A stretch of 64,000 nucleotides of DNA from Candidatus Eiseniibacteriota bacterium (GTDB lineage: Bacteria > Eisenbacteria > RBG-16-71-46): assembly GCA_963717505.1 (NCBI GenBank), contig OY970342.1, forward strand, positions 1,248,001-1,312,000. Direction: 5' to 3'. A program made the translations under genes and the position numbers. The notes beneath the pieces were generated by a model. The model saw nothing but the letters and a program-made list of their open reading frames with translations. It made no database searches and had not been told where the DNA came from. This document shows positions 19,836 to 29,769 of this stretch, piece after piece. Each line of letters begins with the position of its first letter. The first letter of the stretch is position 1.

Positions 19836-20218
19836 CTGCTACCTCCCATGTTCTTCGATGGACGCGCCAGCGACGGTGTATGAGTCGACCCTGAAGCCGT
19901 CCTGTGCGGCCAGCGAGGAACGATAGAGAGTCTCCGCCCGCGCACGGAACGAACGCAACAGAAAATGCGAGTTAGCTCTCGAGCCGGACACAAGCGTGAC
20001 GTTGCAGTACCGCCTCAGACCCTGCGACTACCCAACCGTGTCCTTCCGAAGGACCTGGGGCTTTGAAGATCCCTGCCCTTCCTTTGCAGTTCATTGCTGC
20101 GCTGAAGGTCGTTCGTCGTCTTCCTTCCCTTTCAGGGGGCGAGTCCGGAGCAGGCGGAAAGCCCCCAAGCAGAGCGGCAGCACGGATCTAGCGGCAACCG
20201 GGAGGTAGCTTCCACCGC

Positions 20219-20233
20219 TGGCACCATTCGTGC
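20219..20233 (+). promoter_or_regulatory. Sigma-54 promoter
   Basis: TGGCACCATTCGTGC; lies in a 20-mer identical to 28585-28604. Confidence 0.7.
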
Positions 20234-20296
20234 GCTTCGAATGGGTCTGAAGCGGCAATGCCTTACTTGCGGTCCCCCTACTCTGAGGAGTTGTCC

Positions 20297-21361
20297 ATGC
20301 GTCATGCACACGTAGTTCGTCGATCACGCCCGGTCGCGGCGTGGTTCCTGGCAGTCCTTCTGATCGCGATGGCTGGATGCAGTTCGGATTCCGAAAACCC
20401 GGTCGGTCCTGGAGACACCGTGGCACCGACAATTAGTGCCACCAACCCGCTCAATGGCGCGATAGGCGTGGCGGTGATCACCGCTTCGTTCAGCGAGGCA
20501 ATGAACGCCTCTACGATTACGACGGGGAGCTTCGGCGTGAACGGGCCCGGCGCGACGCCAGTGGTTGGGACCGTCGCGTATGATGCGTCGACGAACATCG
20601 CGAGATTCACCCCTACAGGCGCCCTCGCGGCTGGTACGGCATACACGGCGACGGTCACGACCGGGGTCAAAGATGTCGCCGGGAATTCCCTGGCGAGTAA
20701 TCAGGCATGGAGCTTCACGACGTCGTCGACGGCAGGTGCCCAGCTGGCGCCGGCTCTCGGCGATGCGGGAGGCTTCGTGATTCTCGCGGGTTCGACGGCG
20801 ACGAGCACCGGCGCCACCGCGTTGACGGGCGACATGGGCGTCAGCCCCGGGACCGCAATCACCGGCTTCCCGCCGGGAACCCTGTCCGGCACGATCCACG
20901 CGGGAGATGTTGCCTCAGCGTCCGGCATGACGGACCTCACCACCGCATACAACGACGCCGCAGGAAGAACGGTCGGGCCGGTCAGTGTGGCCGGGAATCT
21001 CGGCGGGCTGACCCTGCCCCCGGGCCTCTATAAGTCCACGTCGTCACTTGCGATCTCCTCAGGCGATCTCACGCTCGACGCACAGGGCGACCCGAACGCC
21101 GTCTTCTTGTTCCAGATGGCATCGACGCTGACCACGACCTCTGGTCGTGCGGTGATCCTGAGTGGAGGTGCGAAGTCATCGAACGTGTTCTGGCAGGTCG
21201 GAAGTTCGGCGACCCTGGGAACCTCCTCCACCTTCAAGGGCACGATCATGGCCAATCAGTCGATCACTCTGAATACCGGGGCGACGCTGAATGGCAGGGC
21301 GCTGGCACGGATTGGCGCGGTAACGATGGCCGGCAATGCGGTGGTAATGCCAACGCCATAA
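20297..21361 (+). CDS. Lipoprotein with Ig-like (Big_5) domain plus DUF3494 ice-binding-like domain
   Basis: MAGC lipobox; FSEAMNASTI...GVKDVAGN Ig domain; LGGLTLPPGLY, VFWQVGSSATLG, GRALARIGAV. Confidence 0.92.
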   Translation: MRHAHVVRRSRPVAAWFLAVLLIAMAGCSSDSENPVGPGDTVAPTISATNPLNGAIGVAVITASFSEAMNASTITTGSFGVNGPGATPVVGTVAYDASTNIARFTPTGALAAGTAYTATVTTGVKDVAGNSLASNQAWSFTTSSTAGAQLAPALGDAGGFVILAGSTATSTGATALTGDMGVSPGTAITGFPPGTLSGTIHAGDVASASGMTDLTTAYNDAAGRTVGPVSVAGNLGGLTLPPGLYKSTSSLAISSGDLTLDAQGDPNAVFLFQMASTLTTTSGRAVILSGGAKSSNVFWQVGSSATLGTSSTFKGTIMANQSITLNTGATLNGRALARIGAVTMAGNAVVMPTP

Positions 21362-21399
21362 GGATTGCGAACACCGAACGGCGATACCACTGTAGGACG

Positions 21400-21461
21400 A
21401 CGTCGCGCACCTCGACCGGTTGAAGTCAGACCGGGATTGAGGTGTGCGACGTATTTGTCTT
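21400..21461 (+). terminator. Long hairpin with T-rich tail after the second DUF3494 gene
   Basis: ACGTCGCGCACCTCGA pairs with TTGAGGTGTGCGACGT (two G:U pairs), followed by ATTTGTCTT. Confidence 0.55.
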
Positions 21462-21847
21462 ATGACGCTCGAGAGAACATGCGCGTGCTCGGGCTGTTGT
21501 GTGCACATAGGTCTGTCATCTTGAGTGTAGGTCTGTGCTAGCGACTGTCGGGGCCCGATTTGTCTTGCGCTCGGTCGCGCATGGGTAGACACTGCGTTCA
21601 CTACCCGCTCGATGCACGGGGCGGCCCGAGGCCCGGCCCCCACACCGCACGCGAGCCACGAATCGCCTGACCAACCAACCTCGGTTGGCCTGCGGTCGAA
21701 TCTCGGACCGCTCACAGCGACGATTTCAAGGGAACCCGGAACAAGAGAATCCGGATCGTCCCGATACTTGATCATCATTAGCGATGAGGCCGCCGCATCC
21801 GCGGCAGTTCCTCACTTGCCAATACCTATCATCGAAGGAGTCGTCTC

Positions 21848-22477
21848 ATGCGTTATGCACCATTCATCAGCAGCGTCGCGCTGCTCGCGGCCACGGTCTT
21901 GTCGGGTTGTCGATCCGATGATGCGGCCAGTGAGAACAACGCCAACGGCAATGGCGGCACGAGCAACTACTTGAGTTTGCCGTCGGGCTCATCGATCGAC
22001 ATCACGCTGAGCACGCCTCTAACCTCAGAAACGGCCGGTGTCGGCACGGCATGGACCGGGTCGACTCGGAGCGCGGCGGTCGTCGATGGCCGGAACGTCA
22101 TCCCTGCCGGCAGCTCGGTCGCGGGCACAGTCACGACCGTCAAGGCAGCTCGCAAGGGTGACCGCGCCATGCTCGACCTCGGGCTCGCCTCGATCACGGT
22201 TGCCGAACACAGGTACTCGGTGCACGGCAGCACGGAAGCCATCATTGCCGGATCGACCCGAGCGCGGAACCTCGGTGCGATCGCCGGTTCGGCGGCAGGC
22301 GGTGCGCTGATCGGCAAGGTAGTCACCGGGACCGGCACGGGCGCAGTGGTTGGTGGCGTCATCGGCGCTGGGGTGGCAACCGGAGTCGTCGCCGCTTCGG
22401 ACGGGTTTCAGGTGGTACTCAAGGAAGGAACCCCACTCACGTTCACGACCAACGAGGCTGTCGCCGTGCGCCCCTAG
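21848..22477 (+). CDS. Lipoprotein with TrbI/VirB10-like beta fold and Gly-zipper
   Basis: LSGC lipobox; VIPAGSSVAGTV; GAIAGSAAGGALIG...GAVVGGVIGAG. Confidence 0.7.
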   Translation: MRYAPFISSVALLAATVLSGCRSDDAASENNANGNGGTSNYLSLPSGSSIDITLSTPLTSETAGVGTAWTGSTRSAAVVDGRNVIPAGSSVAGTVTTVKAARKGDRAMLDLGLASITVAEHRYSVHGSTEAIIAGSTRARNLGAIAGSAAGGALIGKVVTGTGTGAVVGGVIGAGVATGVVAASDGFQVVLKEGTPLTFTTNEAVAVRP

Positions 22478-22493
22478 CGCAGGCGCACACGAG

Positions 22494-22844
22494 ATGGCAC
22501 GAATTCCCCGCAAGTCGGACGGTCGGCGGATCTTCACCGACGAGTTCAAGCGTGAGCAGATCGAGCGCGTATGGCGCGGCGAGCTGACCCTTGCGGAACT
22601 CAGCCGAAAGCTGGGGATCGCACGGAGCCTGCTGCAGCGATGGAAGCGACTCAATCCCCAGGGGGCCGAAGTCAACGGTTCACCCAGGGGGCGCGTGACA
22701 CCGGCAAGCGCTCTGCCGACGGAGCGCTACATCTTTGAGCTCCAACGGCTGGTCGGGAAACAGACGGTGGAGCTGGAGCTTCTTCGCGCAGAGTTGGATG
22801 CACTCAAGAATCGACGGCGCTCCCCGGGAGCGTCGAGGCGGTAA
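22494..22844 (+). CDS. Stand-alone IS3-OrfA-like HTH protein (HTH_Tnp_1-like), no transposase catalytic ORF
   Basis: RRIFTDEFKREQI...LAELSRKLGIARSLLQRWK and coiled coil ELQRLVGKQTVELELLR; no DDE ORF or terminal IRs nearby. Confidence 0.7.
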   Translation: MARIPRKSDGRRIFTDEFKREQIERVWRGELTLAELSRKLGIARSLLQRWKRLNPQGAEVNGSPRGRVTPASALPTERYIFELQRLVGKQTVELELLRAELDALKNRRRSPGASRR

Positions 22845-22946
22845 TCGGGTCGGACGGTGAGCCTTTCAGCTCACCGCCGGGCCCCGCCGGTCAACTCGGG
22901 TCGGGGACGCCTCTGGCGTCGTCACGGCCGGAAGGGAAGAGCAAAG

Positions 22947-23162
22947 ATGAAACCCAGTGGATTCGCACTCGTGATTCTAGGAGTCCTCGCGCTTGTCTAT
23001 GGCGGAATCAGTTACAGCCGGCAGAGAACGGTCCTCGAGGTGGGTTCGATCACAGCGACTGCGACCGAGCAGAAGAACATTCCGCTGTCGCCCATCGTTG
23101 GAGGGATCGCGCTGGTCAGCGGCCTGGTTCTTCTGATGGTACCGAGGAAGCGCCTTGTCTGA
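22947..23162 (+). CDS. DUF3185-like small membrane protein
   Basis: MKPSGFALVILGVLALVYGGISY...IPLSPIVGGIALVSGLVLL. Confidence 0.75.
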   Translation: MKPSGFALVILGVLALVYGGISYSRQRTVLEVGSITATATEQKNIPLSPIVGGIALVSGLVLLMVPRKRLV

Positions 23163-23196
23163 ACCAAGACACATCAGGAACGAAAGGACGCTGTAA

Positions 23197-24264
23197 ATGA
23201 GGACGATTGAAGGCAGGTCGCACCTATTGCGGCGCATGGTGGCGGGCGCATTCGCCCTGACGGTCATGCTGACGATCGGGAACGCGCTTGCAGCGATCCC
23301 GACTACTACCGCGTACCACTTTTCATCCCACCCGATGATCTCAGGGACGGTGGTGACGGTAAACGACCACCAGATGGTCGTGAACACCGACCAGGGCGAA
23401 CAGATCACGCTGAACATGGATTCGCACACGATGGCGCCCCGAGATCTTGCACCCGGTATGGTCATGCGCGCCGATTTCGTGGCGCTGGATAACTGTCACT
23501 TCTACGCGCAGCGAATCATGCCGATTCGTAGCGGCATGTCCACGGAACGCCTCCAGGCCTACGCGAACACCAGTGACAGTCCCGAAGCGATTGCGCGCAA
23601 CGCCTCGGCCGTGGGCGGCGATCGCCAGCCAAGCAGTCAGGGTCAGGTAGTTACCGAGAGTTGGGAGCGCTCGTCTCACACGATGGACGAGCATTCACTC
23701 GGTGCGACGGTGACGGCAGGCCCGTCGACCGCCGACTATCAGTTCTCCACCCGGCCGATGATCTCGGGCAGGGTAGTGTCGGTGAACGATCATCGGCTGG
23801 TCGTCGACACCGATCAGGGCCAGCAAGTCGGCATGGTCATGGACTCGCGCACGTTGTTGTCCGGCGAGGTCGCGCCCGGTTCCGACGTGCGTGTCGAGTT
23901 CACGCAGATGAACGACGGTCGCTACTACGCGACGCGACTGAACCTGATCAGTAGCGACGTTGCCGACCGCGAACAGGCATACGCACACACCCGCGACAGC
24001 GACGTGCTGCTCGCCCGGAATTCGTCGGACTGCGGGTATTCGAGCGCCGAAACCGGGAGCGCCGCGATGTCCACCCTGGAGCTTCGCGAGTCCGTCGAAC
24101 CGCAGGACGCGGTCGTTGCTCAGAGTGTTCCGGTGCCGGTGGTCGAAGAGCTGGAGACGCTCCCGCAGACTGCAAGCGAACAGCCGTGGATCTTGCTACT
24201 TGGCCTGCTCGGGTTCCTGCTGGCGGGCCTCATCATGGTCGTGCGTGGTCTCCGGAAGGTTTGA
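23197..24264 (+). CDS. Sortase substrate: secreted protein with two internal OB-fold-like repeats and LPQTA sorting signal
   Basis: Signal peptide; repeats PMISGTVVTVNDH.. and PMISGRVVSVNDH..; C-terminal LPQTAS + TM helix + RGLRKV. Confidence 0.85.
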   Translation: MRTIEGRSHLLRRMVAGAFALTVMLTIGNALAAIPTTTAYHFSSHPMISGTVVTVNDHQMVVNTDQGEQITLNMDSHTMAPRDLAPGMVMRADFVALDNCHFYAQRIMPIRSGMSTERLQAYANTSDSPEAIARNASAVGGDRQPSSQGQVVTESWERSSHTMDEHSLGATVTAGPSTADYQFSTRPMISGRVVSVNDHRLVVDTDQGQQVGMVMDSRTLLSGEVAPGSDVRVEFTQMNDGRYYATRLNLISSDVADREQAYAHTRDSDVLLARNSSDCGYSSAETGSAAMSTLELRESVEPQDAVVAQSVPVPVVEELETLPQTASEQPWILLLGLLGFLLAGLIMVVRGLRKV

Positions 24265-24351
24265 TCGCGCATTGCCTCGGCGCGTCCACCCGGTGTTCGG
24301 GCTCGCTCGCCCCCCGGGTGGCACTGCTCCTGTCGCATGCCTACTCGCACC

Positions 24352-25032
24352 ATGACTCGGCACCTTCGGTTCCGCTGGCTGGAGATGGGTTTCCTGGCTC
24401 TCGGGCTGCTTCTTCTCGCGCTATGGTCCAAGACCGACCTCGAGTCGCGCCGGTTCCAGGCGATCGAGGGAGATCGGCTCGAGGCCGCGCTACGCGAGAC
24501 CGAATCCGGACCGTCCGAAGCCGCCGCGAGCAACGCGGCATTCGTCGACTTGCCCGCATCCAACCCGCCGAAGCCTCCAACAGAGCAACGGGGCGTACTC
24601 GGCAGGATCGAGATCCCCCGCCTGCGCATTTCGGCGATCGTCGCCGAGGGCTCGGATGTGAAGACACTCAAGCGCGCCATCGGCCATATTGCATCGACCG
24701 CGCTGCCCGGTGCCCCCGGCAATTGCGCGCTCGCCGGCCATCGCGACACGTTCCTGCGTGGTCTCGGAGGCGCGCGCGTAAACGACCTGATCCGCATCGT
24801 GACGCTCGAGCGCACGTACACCTACCAGGTGGAGTGGTGTGTCGTGGTCGAGCCGCAGCGTGTCGACGTCCTGGATTCGACGGCCACCCGCGCGTTGACG
24901 CTTGTCACCTGCTACCCGTTCAAGTTTGTCGGCCCCGCGCCTCAGCGGTTCGTGGTCCGGGCACGACAGGTCGAAGCCGTCGCGGGGCGCCTGGAAGCCA
25001 CTGCGACCAATGGAGGATTTGGTCATGAATGA
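24352..25032 (+). CDS. Class D sortase
   Basis: N-terminal TM anchor; IEIPRL, LAGHRDT (His), TLVTCYPF (Cys), QRFVVRA (Arg). Confidence 0.92.
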   Translation: MTRHLRFRWLEMGFLALGLLLLALWSKTDLESRRFQAIEGDRLEAALRETESGPSEAAASNAAFVDLPASNPPKPPTEQRGVLGRIEIPRLRISAIVAEGSDVKTLKRAIGHIASTALPGAPGNCALAGHRDTFLRGLGGARVNDLIRIVTLERTYTYQVEWCVVVEPQRVDVLDSTATRALTLVTCYPFKFVGPAPQRFVVRARQVEAVAGRLEATATNGGFGHE

Positions 25033-25125
25033 GAACCCGCAGGTCAAAGGCAAATGCGATTGCTGAACCCCGGCTCTGCCGTGGGATACTTGGAAAGTAG
25101 TCTCCAGTTGCCGAGGGTTACCCAA

Positions 25126-26472
25126 ATGCTCCGAGCGCTTTTCATCGACGATGATGCGGATTTCCTCCTGGGCGTGGCCGAAATTGCCACCAATGAAGGG
25201 TTCGCCGTCACCAGTGTCGGCACACTCAAGGAAGCTCGCGAGCATCTCGCGAGTGGCCCGGCAGACCTGGTCATGATCGACCTGATGCTGCCCGACGGCG
25301 ACGGGATCGGGCTGCTCAGAGAGCTCAAGGAGACGTCCAGTTCCGACGTGATCCTGGTTTCGGGTGTGGCCACGGTCGATTCCGCGATCGAGGCCCTGCG
25401 GCTCGGCGCCCTCGACTACCTCACCAAGCCCTTGGACAACCGGCGCCTGAAGGCGGTGCTCGCTCACGTCCTTCGCTTGCGATCGCTCAAAGAGGAAGTT
25501 GGCACCCTACGAAGTGAGCTCCGCAAGTTTGGCCGCTTCGGCCGGCTGATCGGCATCTCTTCCGCGATGCAGAAGGTGTACGACCAGATGATCAAGGTCG
25601 CGCCGACGGATGCCACGGTTTTCATCACCGGTGAGAGCGGCACCGGCAAGGAGATCGTGGCGCAAACAATCTACGAGCTCAGCAGCCGCCGCCGGGCCCC
25701 ATTCCTCCCATTCGACTGCAGCGCAATCCCTCGGGACTTGATCGAGAGCGAACTGTTGGGCCACGAGCGGGGCAGCTTCACGGGTGCGACCCAGCTGCGG
25801 CGCGGCTGCTTCGAGCGGACGAAGGCGGGTACACTGTTCCTCGACGAGATTACGGAGTTGCCGATTGAACTCCAGGTCAAGTTCCTGCGCGTGCTCGAGT
25901 CAGGGTCCCTGATCCGCGTGGGAGGAGAACAAGCCGTTCCAGTGAATGTGCGCCTGATCGCGGCCTCCAACCGCGATCCCCACGTGGCCTTGCAGGAAGG
26001 CAAGCTGCGGGAGGACCTGTACTATCGGATCAACGTGTTCCCGATCGCCTTGCCGCCCCTTCGCGATCGTGAGGGAGACGCGCTCTTGCTCGCGGACCAT
26101 TTCCTGGAGTCACTCAACGCCTCGGAAGGGACGTCCAAGCGCCTGAGTGCCGCGGCCCGCGACCGCATCCAAGCGCACCCGTGGCGGGGGAACGTGCGCG
26201 AGCTCAAGAACGAGCTGCAGCGAGCCTTCATCATGTCTGAGGGGGTGATCGAGTTCTCGGATTTGAGCGTCGGGCGGGGTCCCGCGCCGTCAAGCCCCAA
26301 GGTGGGAAGCTCGCTCGAGGAGTCCGAGCGCGATCTGATCCTCGCGACCCTGGAGCAGTGCGCCGGTGACAAGAAGAAGGCGGCGCAGATTCTGGGCATC
26401 AATCTCAAGACGCTATACAACCGGCTTCATCTGTACGCCGGTTCCGAGCCCGGGCATCGGGCCCCCTCATGA
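25126..26472 (+). CDS. NtrC-family sigma-54 enhancer-binding response regulator
   Basis: REC domain (IDDD, DLMLPDG, KP), GESGTGKE, GSFTGA loop, LFLDEI, WRGNVREL, Fis-type HTH. Confidence 0.95.
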   Translation: MLRALFIDDDADFLLGVAEIATNEGFAVTSVGTLKEAREHLASGPADLVMIDLMLPDGDGIGLLRELKETSSSDVILVSGVATVDSAIEALRLGALDYLTKPLDNRRLKAVLAHVLRLRSLKEEVGTLRSELRKFGRFGRLIGISSAMQKVYDQMIKVAPTDATVFITGESGTGKEIVAQTIYELSSRRRAPFLPFDCSAIPRDLIESELLGHERGSFTGATQLRRGCFERTKAGTLFLDEITELPIELQVKFLRVLESGSLIRVGGEQAVPVNVRLIAASNRDPHVALQEGKLREDLYYRINVFPIALPPLRDREGDALLLADHFLESLNASEGTSKRLSAAARDRIQAHPWRGNVRELKNELQRAFIMSEGVIEFSDLSVGRGPAPSSPKVGSSLEESERDLILATLEQCAGDKKKAAQILGINLKTLYNRLHLYAGSEPGHRAPS

Positions 26473-26516
26473 GAAGCCGGGGGTGTTAGGTATGAATCGC
26501 GGAAGGTGGACCCACC

Positions 26517-28401
26517 GTGCCTGAATGGTCGTTCCAGCGTCGCCTAATCACCGGAATGGTGTTGATCGGTCTACTGGCGATCCTGGCCAGTGGCGCATCG
26601 TTGTTCGCATCGCGAAGCCTCATCACTAGGATGGCGAGCGTGGCGACGGGCGAGAGCCGCGATCTCGCGGACGCCAGGGCGCTGCAGCTCATCGGTGTCA
26701 AGTGCATTGCGGACGTGCGCGCGTGCCTCCTCACGGGTGGCGCGCAATGGGCCCCTGCGGCAATCGCGGCAAGCTCCCAGTTGCGCACCCTGGCCACGAG
26801 CTTGCAGACGCGGATCGGGGATTCGAAGGGCCTTGCTCTTCTCGACGATGTCGTGGCTGCCGAACGCGCCCACGAGGGCGCGTTCCAGCGCGCGCTGATC
26901 GTCTCGGGCCCTTCCGAGCGCACGCCCGCGGCGTCTTATCTCGAATCGGTCCTGTTGAGCGCTGAACAGCTCGAACGGTCGCTGGCATTGTTCGTGACGC
27001 AACGTCGAATCGGCCAGGATTCGCAGCCTGGCGCCGTCGCGGGCGGCCGTGAGCCGCGCTGAATCCCTCCTGAGCGTCATCACCGTCGCGACGATCTTTC
27101 TATTTGCGCTGTTCTGCTGGTTGATCATTCGCACCCTCAATCGGAGTTACGGGTATCAGTCGTCCGCCCGCAACCTGGCTGAGAAGGGCGAGACCCAGGC
27201 GAACGTGACGCTGTCGGAAGTGGAAGCGGCCAGCCATCTGAAGGACGAATTCTTGGCGACCGTGTCGCACGAACTCCGAAACCCCCTGGCGCCGATCCTG
27301 ACCTGGACACAGTTGCTTCGAAGCGGCACGCTCGACAAGGAAAAAAGCCGGCGTGCGCTGGAAGTCATCGAGCGCAATGTCATCTCTCAGGCCCAGCTCA
27401 TCGACGATCTGGTCGACGTCTCACGCGTCGTGTCCGGAAAATTCCGGCTCGACGTGAAACCGATCGATCTGGTCCCGGTGATCAAGTCTGCGGCGGAATC
27501 GCAAATCCCGGCCAGCGACGCCAAGCACATCCGGCTGCAACTCGTTCTCGATGAACGGGCGGGTTTGATCTCGGGCGATTCGGAGCGCCTCCAGCAGGTC
27601 ATGTGGAACCTGATGTCCAATGCCATCAAGTTCACCCCCAAGGGCGGCAGGGTGCAGGTGGTACTGCAGCGGACGGGGTCGCAGGTAGAGGTTGCGGTCA
27701 GCGACAGCGGCGTCGGTATCGACGGGAATTTTCTGCCGCACGTCTTCGAGCCGTTCCAGCAGGCCACCGGCGGGTCCATGCGACGCCACGGCGGCCTCGG
27801 ACTGGGACTCTCGATTGTGCGCCACATCGTCGAACTACACGGAGGGGAGATCACCGCGGAAAGCGAAGGTGCAGGACTCGGCTCGAAATTCACAGTCAAG
27901 TTCCCGGTGCTGGCGACGGCTGGACGGGTCGCTGAACCGGTGCGCAGGCATCCGATCGCCGGGGACTCAGGTTCAGGGGCCCTGGCCGGGCGGTTGGACG
28001 AAGTCCGCGTGCTGATCGTGGACGATGAACCGAGCGCGAGCGAGGCACTTCTGGAGTTGTTCAATTCCTGCGGCGCGGATGCGCGGATCGCGGGGTCTGC
28101 CGCCGAAGCGCTCGCCGTGTTCGATGTGTGGCAGCCGGACGTCCTGGTCTCCGACATCGCGATGCCCGAGGAAGACGGCTACTCGCTGATCCGAAGGATC
28201 CGCCTGCGCTCCCCTGAGCGAGGTGGCGTTGTTCCCGCAGTGGCGCTGACCGCCTACGCCAAGATCGAAGACCGCGTGACCATCCTGGCCGCCGGATTCC
28301 AGATGTACTTGACGAAACCGGCGGATCCAAGCGAACTGGTCGCGGTGGTGGGCAGCCTCGCGAAGCGCCGAGGGCTGGACGAGCACAGAGTAGCTTTGTA
28401 G
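26517..28401 (+). CDS. Membrane hybrid sensor histidine kinase (sensor-HisKA-HATPase-REC); one frameshift near 27030
   Basis: TM-periplasmic-TM region split over two ORFs; VSHELRNPL, NAIKFT, DSGVGI, GGLGLGL, C-terminal REC. Confidence 0.9.
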
Positions 28402-28586
28402 ACCCGTCACCCTCGCTCCGCCGGATCCAGGTCCACCCAGACGCCCTCGGGTTGGTGATCCGGCCTGTCTCTTGGAGTTCCTTCCTCGGCACCTCGTCGT
28501 GCAGCGCTGAGTTGCGAATCTCGCGCACGGTCCCAACCCGATGGACCTCAGCGGTCTAGACGCGTTTCAGGGTCGCTTTCGCATGC

Positions 28587-28601
28587 TGGCACCATTCGTG
28601 C
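28587..28601 (+). promoter_or_regulatory. Sigma-54 promoter
   Basis: TGGCACCATTCGTGC, upstream of the OMP/PA2779-like/C39 operon. Confidence 0.7.
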
Positions 28602-28724
28602 GCTAAGAACCAGATAGCGACCAAATAGCGAACAACGGCGCGACCGTCTTGGCGCGCTTCAGCACCTCCATCGGGCGACATCAAGTCGCTCGTCTATCCC
28701 CAACTGGCCGTAGAGGAGTCCATC

Positions 28725-29294
28725 ATGACCAACAAAGACCTCCGCACGTTTGCGGAGCAGCAGCTCGTGGGAGTCTTCATGCTCGCCACTCTTACGATCG
28801 CAAGCGCGGGCGTGGCGCAGGCGTGGGAGATCATCCCCTCGATCGGCGTCACAAAATCTACGGACACGAACGCCGATGACGCTCAAGGCTTCGGTGGCCT
28901 CGCCGTCCGCGTCCCACTGATGTCGTTTCTCAAGGCCGAGGGTGGAATCGGGTATCGGCAGGATTCCTTTGGCGACGGCGATCTCGCGATCCGCCAGTGG
29001 CCGGTGACGGCCTCGCTCTGGGCCACGCCGCTGCCCATGCTCTACGCCGGCGGTGGCATCGGTTGGTACCGCACCACCTACGACTATGACAGTGCCCTGC
29101 CGATCGAGGACACGACCGATATGCAGATGGGAGTCCACCTGGGTGGCGGCATCAACATGCCGATCGCATCGAACCTCGGCCTCGACCTGAACGGCCGCTA
29201 CATCTTCATGCAGGAAGGCGACGATCTGCAGCTGCCGACGGAGTTCAATCCCAATTTCTGGACGACATCGCTCGGACTCGCGATCAGGTTCTAG
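28725..29294 (+). CDS. Small outer-membrane beta-barrel protein
   Basis: Signal peptide AQA; YAGGGIGWY, GVHLGGG; C-terminal GLAIRF. Confidence 0.85.
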   Translation: MTNKDLRTFAEQQLVGVFMLATLTIASAGVAQAWEIIPSIGVTKSTDTNADDAQGFGGLAVRVPLMSFLKAEGGIGYRQDSFGDGDLAIRQWPVTASLWATPLPMLYAGGGIGWYRTTYDYDSALPIEDTTDMQMGVHLGGGINMPIASNLGLDLNGRYIFMQEGDDLQLPTEFNPNFWTTSLGLAIRF

Positions 29295-29297
29295 ACC

Positions 29298-29717
29298 ATG
29301 ACAACTCGAGGAAAGCTGCACCCGTTCCCAAGAACGCTTCGCTTCTGGACGACGATCCTCGTGGTCGTGTCGATGAGTGCGATCGACATCTGCCCGGCGG
29401 TCGCCGGCCTCGCGCCCTCACGCGTCTCGGGTGCGACCAGCATCACCTCGGCACGCGATGCCGACATGCTGATGGCACAGCGAGTACTCGAGCACAAAGT
29501 CGTGGCGCAGAAGCTTCGGGACTACGGGGTGACGCCTGCCGAAGCACAAGTGCGGCTCGCCAGCATGTCCGACGACGACCTGCACACTTTGGCCAGCGCC
29601 TCCAAGGGTTTGCCCAGCGGCGGGGATGGCACCGGCGCGATCATCGGCGTTTTGCTGGTGATCCTTCTGGTCATCGTCATCCTCAAGCTGATGAACCGGG
29701 ATGTGGTGGTGAAATGA
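29298..29717 (+). CDS. PA2779-like protein (double-Gly motif before a C-terminal TM helix)
   Basis: KLRDYGVTPAEAQVRLASMSDDDLHTLA...LPSGGD + GAIIGVLLVILLVIVILKL. Confidence 0.8.
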   Translation: MTTRGKLHPFPRTLRFWTTILVVVSMSAIDICPAVAGLAPSRVSGATSITSARDADMLMAQRVLEHKVVAQKLRDYGVTPAEAQVRLASMSDDDLHTLASASKGLPSGGDGTGAIIGVLLVILLVIVILKLMNRDVVVK

Positions 29718-29769
29718 ACCTCCCGGGTAATCGATGGAGCGCGCGACGGATGCCTCCAAGAGTCACATC

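Noticed and set aside
22494-22946. Intact IS3-family insertion sequence
   Set aside because: No DDE OrfB, frameshift signal, terminal inverted repeats or target duplication
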